This document shows positions 1-20,444 of a stretch of 64,000 nt of DNA, piece by piece; position 1 is the first letter of the stretch, and each line of letters opens with the position of its first letter. The translations under genes and the position numbers were made by a program. This DNA is from the human T2T-CHM13v2.0 reference genome, Homo sapiens. The notes below the pieces were generated by a model. It did no database searches, was not told the origin of the DNA, and worked only from the letters and a program-made list of their open reading frames with translations. Location: NCBI RefSeq assembly GCF_009914755.1, contig NC_060943.1. One strand, 5' to 3'.

Positions 1-7
1 GCCCCAC

Positions 8-173
8 CTGGAAGAAGGTCATGGTGGAGCCGGCGTGGATGGTGCCATACTCGATGTTGGTCTGATCTGCCAGGTCATCGGCCGACTCCACAGGCACCTC
101 CATGCGCTGCACGGTGAGGAAGGCGGCCAGGTTGGCCGTGTAGGAGGAGATGATGATCAAGGTGAAGGCCCAC
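8..173 (-). CDS. GRIK5: GRIK5 exon 16 ([24 protein letters not shown]...STMTFFQ), M3 gate and start of S2; gene continues left of the window
   Basis: 166 nt, cttcag|G ... CAG|GTGGGG; invariant SYTANLAAF motif. Confidence 0.97.
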
Positions 174-392
174 CTGAAGGGTGGGAGGGGTGAGTCACGG
201 GCTGGAGTCACCCCTGCTGACCTGCCCCCGTGGCCATGCCCCCCATTGGTGGTGCCCCTCCCAAGTGACCCCAGCATCTGGAAGACTCAGTGACTGCTGG
301 GTGCAGAAGCGGGGAGTGTGGATTCTGAAGCCAGACTTCCTGGTTGTAAATATTGCATCCGGAGACTTCTACTTCCAGATATAAAAGAGTAA

Positions 393-800
<408 letters not shown>

Positions 801-2621
801 TGATCCCTGAGAAGAGAAACAAAATGAGTCTTATTGTCCAGGCTGCTTGGCTGGATTTAATTTATAGGAAGGGAAGCCCAAACAGCCCAGCAATCCTGCT
901 GAGTTGCAGAGACGGAGACTGGTGATCAGGCAGGCCAACATGGCTGGAATTTGGGGGATAGAGTGCCTGAGAGGAGGGAGCTGCAAAGAGAGGGAGGATT
1001 CAGAAACCGGTGGTCCCCTTGAGTCTTTGGCTGAATATCAATCTGTGCATGCATGGGGTGAAACTCTGTGGGGCTGGACAAGAGCAACTTTCAAGGAGAA
1101 AACAATTCTTAGAGTTGACACAGGGCTGAGAGTCTTTTGAGCTCCCTGCAGCCAGAGTAGAAAGATTTCATTGAATACATGAGACATTCAGTAGAGACCC
1201 AAAAGTGTAACATACTAGAAATAGGATTAAGTTAGCCCTAGAATAAAGGCAATGCTAAAGCTGCACTAAAAAAGCTTAAAAACAGGCCTAGAAGTATCAA
1301 AGTAATTCACAAGTAACCTAACTAGATTCCAGAAAAAGTTTATAAATACTCTGTAAAAAAATATATTCAGCAATGTAAACAATGTCTGTTATGTAATTTT
1401 TTTTTTTTTCTTGAGACAGAGTCTCACTCTGTCACCCAGGCTGGAGTGCAGTGGTGTGATCTTGGCCACTCCCGGGTTCAAGTGATTCTCCTGCCTCAGC
1501 TTCCTGAGTAGTTGGGATTACAGGCACCTGCCAGCACGCCTGACTAATGTTTGTATTTTTAGTAGAGATGAGGTTTCACCACGTTGGCAGGTTGGCCTTG
1601 AACTCCTGACCTCAGGTGACCTGCCCACCTCGCCCACCCAAGGTGCTGGGATTACAGGCATGAGCCACTGTGCCCGGCCTATTACATAATTTTTTAAAAA
1701 AATACCAGGTTGGGCACGGTGGCTCACACCTGTAATCCCAGCATTTTAGGAGGCTGAGGTGGGCGGATTGCTTGAGGCCAGGAGTTCAAGGACAACCTGG
1801 CCAACATGGCAATACCCCGTCTCTACTAAAAATACAAAAATTAGCTGGGTGTGATAGCACACGCCTGTGATCCCAGCTACTTGGGAGGCTGAGGCACGAG
1901 AATCGTTGGAATCCAGGAGGTGGAGGTCGCAGTGAACCGAGATCACCACTGCACTCTGGCCTGGGCAACAAAGCAAGACTCTTGCCTCAAAAAAAAAGGA
2001 CCAGGTAAACAAAGGTGCAGGAAAATGTGACCTATAACCAAGAGAAAAATCACTCAATTGAAACAGACCCAGAATTGACATAGATGATGACGGAATTAGC
2101 AGACAAGGACATGAAAACAGCTATTATAAATACATTCAGAATGCTCAAGAGTATAAAGAAAAACATGAACGTAATGAAAGGAACAGAAGATATAAAAAGA
2201 AGTGAACAGAACTTTTAGAGAATGATATACACATATCTGAAAGAAAAATTTTACTGAAAGGGATTACACAGATTAGACACCGGCAGCAGAAAAGATGAGG
2301 GAATTTGGGCCAGGCACAGTAGCTCATGCCTGTAATCCTAGCACACTGGGAGGCCGAGGCAGGAGGATCACTTGAGGCTGGGACTTTGAGATAAGCCTGG
2401 TCAACATAGCCAGACCCTGTCTCTACAGAAAAATAAAAAAATTAGATGGGTGTGGTGGTGCCTGCCTACAGTCCCAGCAACTTGAGAGGCTGAGGTGGGA
2501 GGATCACTTGAGGCCAGAAGTTTAAGTCTACACTGAGCCTGGTCGTCACTGCACTCTAGTCTGAATGACTAAGTGAGACCTTATCGTTATTTTTTTATTT
2601 TATTTATTTATTTATTTTTGA

Positions 2622-2729
<108 letters not shown>

Positions 2730-2944
2730 TGAATAGCTGGGATTACAGGCACCCGCCACCATGCCCAGATAATTTTTGTATTTTTTGTAGAGATGGGGTT
2801 TTGCCACGTTGGCCAGGCTGAGACCTTATCTTTAAAAAAAAAAAAAAAGGCTGGGCGCGGTGGCTCACGCCTGTAATCCCAGCACTTTGGGAGGCCAAGG
2901 AGGGAGGATAACCTGAGTTCAGGAGTTTGCGACCAGCCTGACTA

Positions 2945-3476
<532 letters not shown>

Positions 3477-4334
3477 CTATCCAAAATAAAGCACAGAAAG
3501 GAAAAAGTGATGAAAATGAGCACAGAGCCTCAATGGCCTGAGAAATAAGTGGCTTTACCTATGTGACTGGAGTTCCAGAAAGAGAGGAGAGAAAGGGATA
3601 ACCAAAAAAAAGTCTGATGAAGTAATGGCCTACAACTTTTCAAATTTGATGAAAACCATAAACTTGCAGATGTAAGCTCCATAAACCCCAGGTAGGCTAA
3701 ACACACATATTTATAAAACGCACCAAGACACATTATAATCAATTGCTGAAAACCAGCAATAAAGAGAAACATCTTAAAAGCAGCTAGAAGGGGGGAAACA
3801 TATTACATTCAGAGAATCAAAGATAACAGTGCCAGTCGACTTCTTGTCAGAGAGTGTGCAAGCCCAAAGATGATGCAACATGCTGAAAGAAAAATCAAAA
3901 CAAACTGTCAACCTAGAATTCCACAGCAGGCAAAAATATCCCTCAAAGAAGACACACTAACACATTTTTCATACAAAACCAAAGCTGGGAGAATTAATTG
4001 CCAGCAGACCCGCACAGCAAGAAATATTAAAGGAAGTTCTGCAGGTAAAAGAAACACAACACCAGATAGAAACGTGGATGTACCAGAAGGGGTGAAGGGC
4101 ACCCTCTTCAAATGGTAGATTTGTGGGTAAATAGAAAAGATATATTCCTCACTTTCAAATTTCCTTACGAAGCATTTAGTGGTTTGGTTTTGTTTTTGAG
4201 ACAGGGTCCTGCTCTAGGGTGGAGAGGCGTGAACACAGCTCACTGCAGCCTCAACCTCCTGGACCCAAGCAATTCTCCCACCTCAGCCTCCCACGGAGCT
4301 GGGACCACAGGCATGCATCACCATGCCTGGCTAA

Positions 4335-4526
<192 letters not shown>

Positions 4527-4632
4527 TAAGATATGCAGAGCTCAAAGGACGGGAGGGTGAGAGGAACATATCATGTTGTCAAGGTCTTATATCTTACGTG
4601 AAATGGTATAATGTTACTTGAAAGTATTTTGT

Positions 4633-5085
<453 letters not shown>

Positions 5086-5348
5086 TCACTTTGGGAGGCC
5101 AAGGTGGGCAAATTGCTTGAGCTCAGGAGTTTGAGACCAGCCTGGGCAATGAAGTGAGATCCGGTCTCTACAAAAAATTTAAAAAATTAGCTGGGCATGG
5201 TAGAGCGCACCTATGGTCCTAGCTACACAGGAGGCTGAGGCAGGAGGATGGCTTGAGCCCAGGAGTCGTGTTCGTGCCACTGCACTCCAGCGTGGGTGAC
5301 AGAGTGAGACCCTGTCTCAAAAAGAAAAGAAAAGAAAAGTCCCAGTAA

Positions 5349-7822
<2,474 letters not shown>

Positions 7823-7925
7823 CAAGGCCTAAGTATACACTGTTTATAAGAAACACACTTGGGGCTGGGCATGGTGGCTCATGCCTGTAATCCCAGCACT
7901 TTGGGAGGCAGAGGCAGGTGGATCA

Positions 7926-8253
<328 letters not shown>

Positions 8254-9500
8254 TTAAAAGAAAAGAAAAGGAATGCTCTTTAAATATAATAATCTAGATG
8301 GGCCGAGACTAAAAGAATGGGGAAAAGATATGCTATGCAAACATTAAGCCTCAGAAAGCCAGAGTGCCTATATTAGTATCAAAAAATGTTAACTTCAGAA
8401 CACAGAATGTTACCAGGAATAAGGAGAGACATTATATAATGACATGGGTCAATTCACCTAGAGGACATAAGAGTCCTAAACATTTGTGCGCCTAATTACA
8501 AAGCTTCAACATGCATGAGGCAAAAATGGATAGAATTGAAGAGAAACGGATAAATTTCCTGCAATTACAGGGTGAGATTTCAAAACTCCTCTCAATAATT
8601 GATGGAACAAGTAGAAAATCAGTAAGGATAGAGAAGACTTGAATAACATGATCAACCTACTGGCCCCAATGGACCCTTATAGAACACTGCACCACCAACA
8701 GCAGAAACACATTCAGTGCAACTCCACATAGAACAGTTACCAGGACAGACCATATGCTGAGCTCTAAAGCAAGTCTCAATAAATTTAAAAGGATTAAAGT
8801 CCTCTAGAGAATGTTCTCTGACCACGATGGAGCTAAATTAGAAATCAATCATAGAAAGATCTCTGGAAAATCCCCAAATCCTGTCTTCTCCATCAATGCC
8901 TTGCTGCGTGACCTTGGAAGTGTGCTGCAGTTTCCTCACCTGTGAAGTTAGTACAATTGTAGGCCCTTCCTCACTGGGTTTTGTGAAGAGTGACTGAGTT
9001 CATCCGGCACACAGCAAGTGCTATGCAAGTGTTTTCTCTCATTGTCTTGGTGACACAGGACCGACCCGGGAGAATAGGCTCCCACCAGCCTGGCTGCAGG
9101 ACCCCAGAGCAACCACTTGTCTTACCGTGGCCCCCTCTGTCCTCCCTCCTGGCAAGTAAGAATGGCCAGGGTCCCTGTAGACCATATAGATCTGAGGGGC
9201 CTGAAGGCAGAGGAGATGCTGAAAAGGGCCTCCCAGACCTCCCACCCTCACATTCCCAGCACGTAATAATGAAAACAGCAATGTCCTCCACAGAACACAT
9301 GTGCAAAGCTATGCTAGGCACTGGGATGGGGATGGAGTGAGGGCTTGATAGAGAGACATGAATTAAACAGCCTCCTGAAAAATAAAACCAAAACCCCAAG
9401 ACACAAAGACCCAGGGACTGACTCAACCTCTCCAGAAACCAAGTCTCTCCAAACCCATCTTACAGGTCAATGCTGCCATTCATGCAAAACAAAATTATTT

Positions 9501-12191
<2,691 letters not shown>

Positions 12192-12844
12192 TCAGCTACC
12201 AGGCAAGTCCTCGAGGGTGATGGCACCAAATCTCACCCCCTACACTGGACCCTGAGTCCCACGAGGGCGGGGACTGGCCTGCTGAATCATGGTGCTAAGT
12301 CACATCTGAAGATTCTCAAACATCTGCTGAATGAGTGAATGTGTGGGAGGACTTTGGGTGCAGAAGAGAGTGGGCCCCAGGGCCAAAGGCTCCGATGAGG
12401 GAGGGAACATGAGTGGGGGCTGTCTGGGTGACAGCGATGGGAAGGGGCAGAAAACAGCTGGCTAGAGAGTGTGACTCTCAGGAAGAGGGCCCCTGGCTGG
12501 GCGGCAGAAACAGTGGCCAGCAGAGATGAGGGCACTGGTCTCCCCCAACCCTCCTGTGAGGACGCCACTAGATTTGTCATGGCAGGTCTCCTAGGCGCCC
12601 TCCCAGCACCTCACACACCTGGCCCTCTCCCTCTGTCTAAAATGCTCCTCCCTCTCCTTGGCATGGACGACTCTGTTTCTGCCTTTAGGACTCAACCCAG
12701 TTCACCTCCTCAGGGGACCCTTCTCTGACTGCCCCCATGCTCTACTGTTCTCTTACTGTATCCTGTTTGGTTCCTCAATAGCACATTTTATGTGCATCTG
12801 CAACATCATTATATGGAAAATATTAGTACATTTCACTTGGACTG

Positions 12845-13326
12845 TGTGGCCGGCAGAATAGGCCCCGCCCACCAGCACCAAAGAAGTCTCTATCCTAATC
12901 CCCAGAACACATGAAGATGTGACCTTACTCAGCAAAAGAGACTTTGCAGCTGTGATTAAGTTAAGGATCTGGATATGGGGGGATTACTCTGGATTATCCA
13001 GGAAGGCCCAAAGGAATCACAAGGGTCCTTAGGAGTGGAAGAAGGAAGTTAGAGAGAGAGATTTGTGGATCCTATGCTGCTGGTTCTGAAGATGGAGGAA
13101 GGGGCCACAAACCAAGGAATGCAAGTGGCTTCTAAATGCTGGAAAAGGTAAGGAAACAGATTCTCCCCCTGGAGCCTCCAGAAGGAACTAGCCCTGCCAG
13201 GAACTTGATTTTACGCCATTGAGATCTATTTCAGACTTCTGACCTCCAGAACTATAGGATAATGTGTATTGTTTTAAGCTACCAAATTTGTGGTAACTTT
13301 TTGCAGTAGCAATAGGAAACAAACAG
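12845..13326 (+). mobile_element. MLT1 (MLT1D-like) MaLR solo LTR
   Basis: gactttgcagctgtgattaagttaaggatc, gattctccccctggagcctccagaaggaac and gcagtagcaataggaaac hallmarks. Confidence 0.8.
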
Positions 13327-13821
13327 AGCTTTCATTGGGTTTTTTTGGGGGTTTTTTTTTTTTTTTTCATTTGAGACAGTCTCACTCTGTCATCCAGGCT
13401 GGAGTGCCGTGGCACGATCACAGCTCACTGTAGCCTCAACATCCCAGGCTCAAACAATCCTCTACAGGGTTATAATTTGAAATGATACCCATCCAAAACC
13501 ATTTAAAAAAGCCATCAAGACTCGCAAGTGTCCAAGCCAGTGGACCAAGTGAATTGCTAATGCCTGCCATACCACAGTTAGTTCTACTTAGTTAGGAGAA
13601 GGGAAAAACCTGCCACCTATTAAGGTTAGTCTTGACTTGAAAAAGGCACAAATTAAATAATATCTTTGGGACCTATTCTTTGAATAAAATAGGATGTCCA
13701 GTGTTGATTTATCTGTTTACTTGTTTATTCTCAGCTCCTCTGCCTCTCCAGGACAGGAATGGGGCTGATTCCTCACCTGAGTGCCTGGCACATGGACAGG
13801 CTCAACAGGCATCTGTGAAAT

Positions 13822-14381
13822 TGTTAGAGGCGTGTGAACCAGAGCAACTCCATCTTGAATAGGAGCTGGGTAAAATGAGGCTGAAACCTACTGGGCTGCA
13901 TTCCCAGACGTTTAAGGCATTCTAAGTCACAGGATGAGATAGGAGGTTGGCACAAGATACAGGTCATAAAGACCTTGCTGATAAAAGGGGTTGCAGTAAA
14001 GAAGCCAGCTAAAACCCACCAAAACTAAGACGGCCACAAGAGTGACCTCCAGTCATCCTCACTGCTACACTCCCACCAGCGCCATGACAGTTTACAAATG
14101 CCATGGCAACGTCAGGAAGTTAACCTATATGGTCTAAAAGGGGGAGGCATGAATAATCCACCCCTTGTTTAGCATGTCATCAAGAAATAACCATAAAAAT
14201 GGGCAACCAGCAGCCCTCAGGGCTGCTCTGTCTTTGGAGTAGTCATTCTTTTATTTATTTATTTATTGAGACAGAGTCTTGCTCTGTTGCCCAGGCTGGA
14301 GTGCAGTGGGGAGTTCTCAGCTCACTACAACCTCCGCCTCCTGAGTTCAAGCAATTGGAGTAGCCATTCTTTTATTCCTTA
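13822..14381 (+). mobile_element. MER41A-type ERV1 LTR, 3'-truncated, containing a 5'-truncated Alu (about 14254-14354, minus)
   Basis: TGTTAGAGGCGTGTGAACCAGAGCAACTCCATCTTGAATAGG start; TTGGAGTAGYCATTCTTTTA duplicated at 14234 and 14355. Confidence 0.85.
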
Positions 14382-14664
14382 GCAGCCTCACTGAATCCTC
14401 ACAACCCTGAGACATGGGCATCTTTCTCCCCATCTTTCAGGGAGGTCACTGAGGCAAAGGGAGGGTTGCGGTCTGGCCAAGCTCACATAGCCAGTAAGCG
14501 GCAGAGCTGGAGCTCAGCTCTCCCCACCCCATTCCTCGTCACACAGCTCTGCAAGGGAAAACGGGGAATCAAATCTTCCAGGAGATGCCACAGCCCCAAC
14601 CCCATCCAGGCCTCAGATGGGTCCCTCCCTCGCCCCGGGCAGAGGCAGATAGAAAGCTTCTCAC

Positions 14665-14838
14665 CAGACTCCGCTGACACAGCGCGTGGACAGCGCCCGG
14701 GGCATGATCTCCGAGCCCTGCTGCATGAAGCCCCCCACGGGAAACCACAGGCTGTTGCCCAGCGTGTACTGGTTCTCCAGGATGTGGGGGCGTGCCCGCA
14801 GGCATGGGTGTGGGTTATACCACTCATAGGGGCTCAGC
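14665..14838 (-). CDS. GRIK5: GRIK5 exon 15 ([12 protein letters not shown]...[23 protein letters not shown]), M2 pore loop; Q/R-homologous Gln codon at 14721-14723
   Basis: 174 nt, ctccacag|G ... TG|GTGAGA. Confidence 0.97.
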
Positions 14839-15310
14839 CTGTGGAGAGACGTGCAGCGTGTGGATGGGGCCCAGAGCCCAGGTGGGGAGGAAAAGGAAAG
14901 AAGCAAAGGAAAGTCACAGTGATCAGAAGAAAGGGGGAGAGATGGAAAAAGGAGCAAGATGGACAGAAGCACACAGAGAAAAGGCAGAGAGAGATGCACA
15001 GAGATGGAGACAGAAGAGGCAGAGAGAGACACAGAGATACTCAGAGAGAAATAGAGAAGGGAGGAGGCAAAAAAGGGAGAGGCGGGAAGGGGAGAGACCT
15101 GAACAGAGAACCACAGAGCACAGTCAGAGCCACAAGGGGAAGAATGAGACTCAGACACAGGGCACAAAACTGAGAAAGGAGGGCACAGGGAATCCGAGGC
15201 CCCAAAGGGGAGGCCAAGGACAGTTCCGAGAGAGAAGAGGCAGGTCGGTCCCAGAGGCCTCGGCTCGTGCCTCCTCCAGCCCCTTCCTTCCCAGTAGGCA
15301 GTGGACTCAC

Positions 15311-15420
15311 CTGGCAGCCAGAAACAGGACGCAGCTGACAGCCAGGTAGGCAAGAAGCATGAAGAGCCACACAGCAGGGGAGAAGGGGTCCAGGAAGGAG
15401 AAGTAGCCAGGCTTGCGGCC
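15311..15420 (-). CDS. GRIK5: GRIK5 exon 14 ([36 protein letters not shown]), pre-M1/M1
   Basis: 110 nt, ccccacag|GGC ... AG|GTGAGT. Confidence 0.97.
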
Positions 15421-15487
15421 CTGTGGGGAGAGGGAGTGAGACCCGGAGACACCCCTGGCCTGAGCCTCACACCCAGCCCCTGCCCTA

Positions 15488-15901
<414 letters not shown>

Positions 15902-16199
15902 TCATCGCATGTCCATCCTCATCATCTCACGTCTCCAGACACACTGACTCCGTCCCCTAGGCCTCAACTGTGTCCCAGCATCAAGGGCTGGGGATGGAGG
16001 GGTTCCCCAAACTCCAATTCAAGCAGCAACTTCTCCCTAGGGCCATAAAAGAGCCAAGGTCCTGAAGGGGCTGAGACTGACAGCACTCGAGATAATACAG
16101 GCCCGGACAGAACACAGAGCAGGGAGAGAGGAGGCAGGGCCCAGAAATGACCCCGGGTGGGGAGGAAGGGTGCAGGTCAGCATGTGCCCACAGCCAGTG

Positions 16200-16690
16200 G
16201 AGACATAACCCAGGCCCCGGCCCAGTGTATAGTCAGGGAGATAGGGCACAAGCCCCAAACAGCATCCTGGTCAGGAGACGACACTGGTACCAAAGCACAA
16301 CCCTGGATGAAGGAGGGATGGCCCAGGCCCAAAACTTCAGCTGGAATCAGAAATAGATGGCACAGGACCCAGATACAAACCCAAGGTTGGTGAGAGATGG
16401 CACAGGCACAAATGATAACCACCAGGTAGAGAGAGGTGGCACAGGCTGAAAACAAAATCCACGGTCAAAGAGAGAGCAGACAGGCCCACTGTGAAATCCA
16501 GGGTCGGGGAGAAAGGACACAGACCCCAAAGATGACCCCAAGCAGAGAGGGAGATGGCGCAGGCTAAACAGCTAAAGCCGGGTACGGGAGAGATGGCACC
16601 AGCCTCGATAAAACCGAGGAGCAGAGTGAGACAGCACAGCCCTGAAGCATCATCCAGAGGCGGCAGTGTGGCAGGGGCCCAGAATGTGGA
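16200..16690. repeat. Highly degenerate tandem array with ~39-bp period
   Basis: GATGGCACAGG-like core recurs at 16277, 16317, 16356, 16396, 16435, 16474, 16513, 16553, 16592, 16630 and 16668. Confidence 0.75.
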
Positions 16691-17288
16691 TTCGGAGAAT
16701 CTCTCTGGGAATTCCTGGGTGTTGAGCATAGGGAGCTTCCATCCCCTTTGTTGTACACTTGCCACTTTTATGACTAATACGTGAATTGTCGTGGAAATCA
16801 TCACAGCTAATATAGGACTCCAATTATTTTAAGCACCCACTGGGGGTCTGTCCTAGCAAGGCCCTGCATGGTGGCCACATCCTCATTTCAGAGAGGAGGA
16901 AGCAATGGCCTTTCAGGTGGGCTCCAGTCCTGGGGCCAGGAGCTCAAGACCCCACTTCCTCCTGAAAGCCTAAGGGCCCCCATCCTTTGTTCCCACACTG
17001 GCCTTCTCCTCACTCATTCCTGGGGCCATGCCTCGGGCCAGACACCTGCCTCTTGCTGGGCTGGGCAAGGACAGGGGCTCTGCTCCCGAAACACTCCTCA
17101 GATCTGTCCATTTCTCTACAACTCCACCACCCGGGCCTGGGCCACTGGTATCTCACTCCTGACTACAGCACTGGCCGCCTCATCGGCGCCCCCTGCCGCC
17201 ACTCATAACCTCCCAGTCCATTCCTCACATATAAGCCAAGAGGACAGTCTCCTGTTTAAAACCTGCCATGGCTTCCCCCAGCACTTAA

Positions 17289-17795
<507 letters not shown>

Positions 17796-19678
17796 TGAAC
17801 TCCTGACCTCAGGTGACCTGCCCACCTCAGCCTCCCAAAGTGTTGGGATTACAGGCGTGAGCCACCGCGCCTGGCCTCATTGTCCTGTTCTTAGCACGAC
17901 TGGAGATGGCCTTACTCAGGTGCTTGGTAATAGGCTGTCTTCACTCCATACAGGTTCCTTGCCTGTCTGGCTCAGTGAGGCAGCCCAGAGCCCGCAGAGA
18001 GCAGGTTCCCAACAGATCCTGCTCGGGTTTGACCGAGTACAGCCTCTCTGACTGGCATTCCAGGCAGCCGACGGCTCCCCCACCGCATTCCTGGGCCACT
18101 CGCCACCCCTCTCTCTCGTGCCAGCTTCTTTCTGGCTACGCCTGAGGCGCCTGTCCACTCTGTAGAGCTGGATCCCATCCATCCCTCCAGGGCTCCTCAC
18201 ACCTTCACTCCTCTGGGAAGCCATTCATGGACCCCCACTCCCTGGACACCACTTGATCTCAACAACTTGCTCAATTTGGAAAATATCTGTCTCTTCTCTG
18301 CCTCTGCTGCTAAACCACAGGCGTTTCAGAAGCAAGGCCAGCTGGACATGTCATGTGTTTCTGGCACTGCTCAGGGGCCAGCTTAGAGCAGGATCTGCTG
18401 TGTCTCATGTCCCATCCTCCTCCGCTGAAACCCAGGAATGTTGCTGCTTCCTCTGGGGCCCTCCCAGATGCAGAGACCTCTTCTTCCCTGGTGCCACAAT
18501 GAAACCTCACGCAGTCAGACGCTTGCATGCACACAGCACTTACCCCATGCAGCCACTGTCCCAGGGTTTTCCCCAGAGTAGACTGGTCCCCAGAGCAACC
18601 CAATGCAGAGGGACCTCCATTTCTACCATTCTACGCATGAGGAAACTGAGGCACAGAGACTAAGCCTCTTGCCACAGTTGACCCTTGGATTCGGAACCAC
18701 TCCCCTCCTAGGGGCTTTATCTGCCTGCTGCCCTGGTCGCTCCATGGCTGGGGGTGTCTGAGGTCTGGCCCAGGTGAGTGACTCCTCCCTGGATCCCAGG
18801 GAGTTCAAGAAATGAGGGCTGACTGATGGGAGGAGTCAGTGAGTCCTTGAACCTCTGGCCAATATGGCGGCGGCAGCAGCCTCCACCTCTCCCTGACACT
18901 GCTCCACATCCAGTCTTCCAGCCAGCACCATCCCAGACAGAAACATGGGGGTTGTCCTGTACACAGCCTCTCCCTCACCCCTCACTGCATCCATCCTCAA
19001 GCCTCCTGATTTTGACCCCTAAACACCTCCGGAACGGAGTCACTGCCCTCTGCCTCCACTGCCCACACCCGCCCAGGCCACCATCTCTGACTGAATAGCT
19101 GGTCTCTGCCTCCCAGGACACACAGCCTGCAGCCCCAGAGATACCAACATATGACAGTCTGGTCACAGTATTTTCCTGCTTAGATTCTGCAACGGGCTGG
19201 GCACAGTGGCTTATGCCTGTTAACCCAGCACTTTGAGAGGCCGTCAGGAGGATTGCTTGAGCCAAAAGTTCAAGATCAGCCAGGGTAATGTAGCAAGACC
19301 CCATCTCTACTAAAACTAAAAATAAATAAATAAATTCTGCAATGACTCTGCTTGTTTGTATTTTTCTTTTTAGAGACAGTGTCTTGCTTTGTTAACTAGG
19401 CTGGAACACAGTGGTGCAATCATAAGTCACTGCAGCCTTGAACTCCTCAAGTGATCCTCCCACCTCAGCCTCCTGAGTAGCTGGGACCACAGGTGCGAGC
19501 CACTACGCCTGACTAATTTTGTTTATTTCTTAGAAAGACCAGGGTCTGGCTATGTTCCCCAGGCTGGTCTCGAACTGCTGGGCTCAAGTGATCCTCCTGC
19601 CTCAGCCTCCCAAAGTGCTTGGATTACAGGCATGAGACACAGCGCCTTGTTCTTTTTATTATTATTATTATTTTTTAG

Positions 19679-20110
<432 letters not shown>

Positions 20111-20171
20111 TAGTAGAGAAGGGGTTTCGCCATGTTGCCCAGGCTGGTCTTGAACTCCTGACCTCAGGTGA

Positions 20172-20282
<111 letters not shown>

Positions 20283-20444
20283 TAACTACACCTATCACCT
20301 CAATAAGACTATGTGCCATGCCTGTTCCCCTTATGAGACTCTGTCTTACACCTGGCCCCAAAACGTCCCGCACCATCCAACCCCCACAGCCTCATCCCCT
20401 ACCATCTTGCCCTGTGTCCCACATTGCAGCCACACTGCCCTTTC

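Noticed and set aside
13465-13705. AT-rich block between an Alu fragment and MER41
   Set aside because: Probably an old DNA-transposon fragment, but I could not assign a family or termini.
14679-14697. RE1/NRSE-like CAGCGCGTGGACAGCGCC in exon 15
   Set aside because: Right half-site is perfect but the left half is mismatched and the spacing is 1 nt short; it is also explained by codons.
14715-14730. Q/R-site editing as in GRIK1/GRIK2
   Set aside because: GluK5 is not known to be Q/R edited, and I could not see an exon-complementary sequence in the adjacent intron by eye.
16200-16690. CRISPR-like reading of the repeat/spacer pattern
   Set aside because: Mammalian intron, short non-identical cores, no cas genes; kept as a degenerate tandem array.
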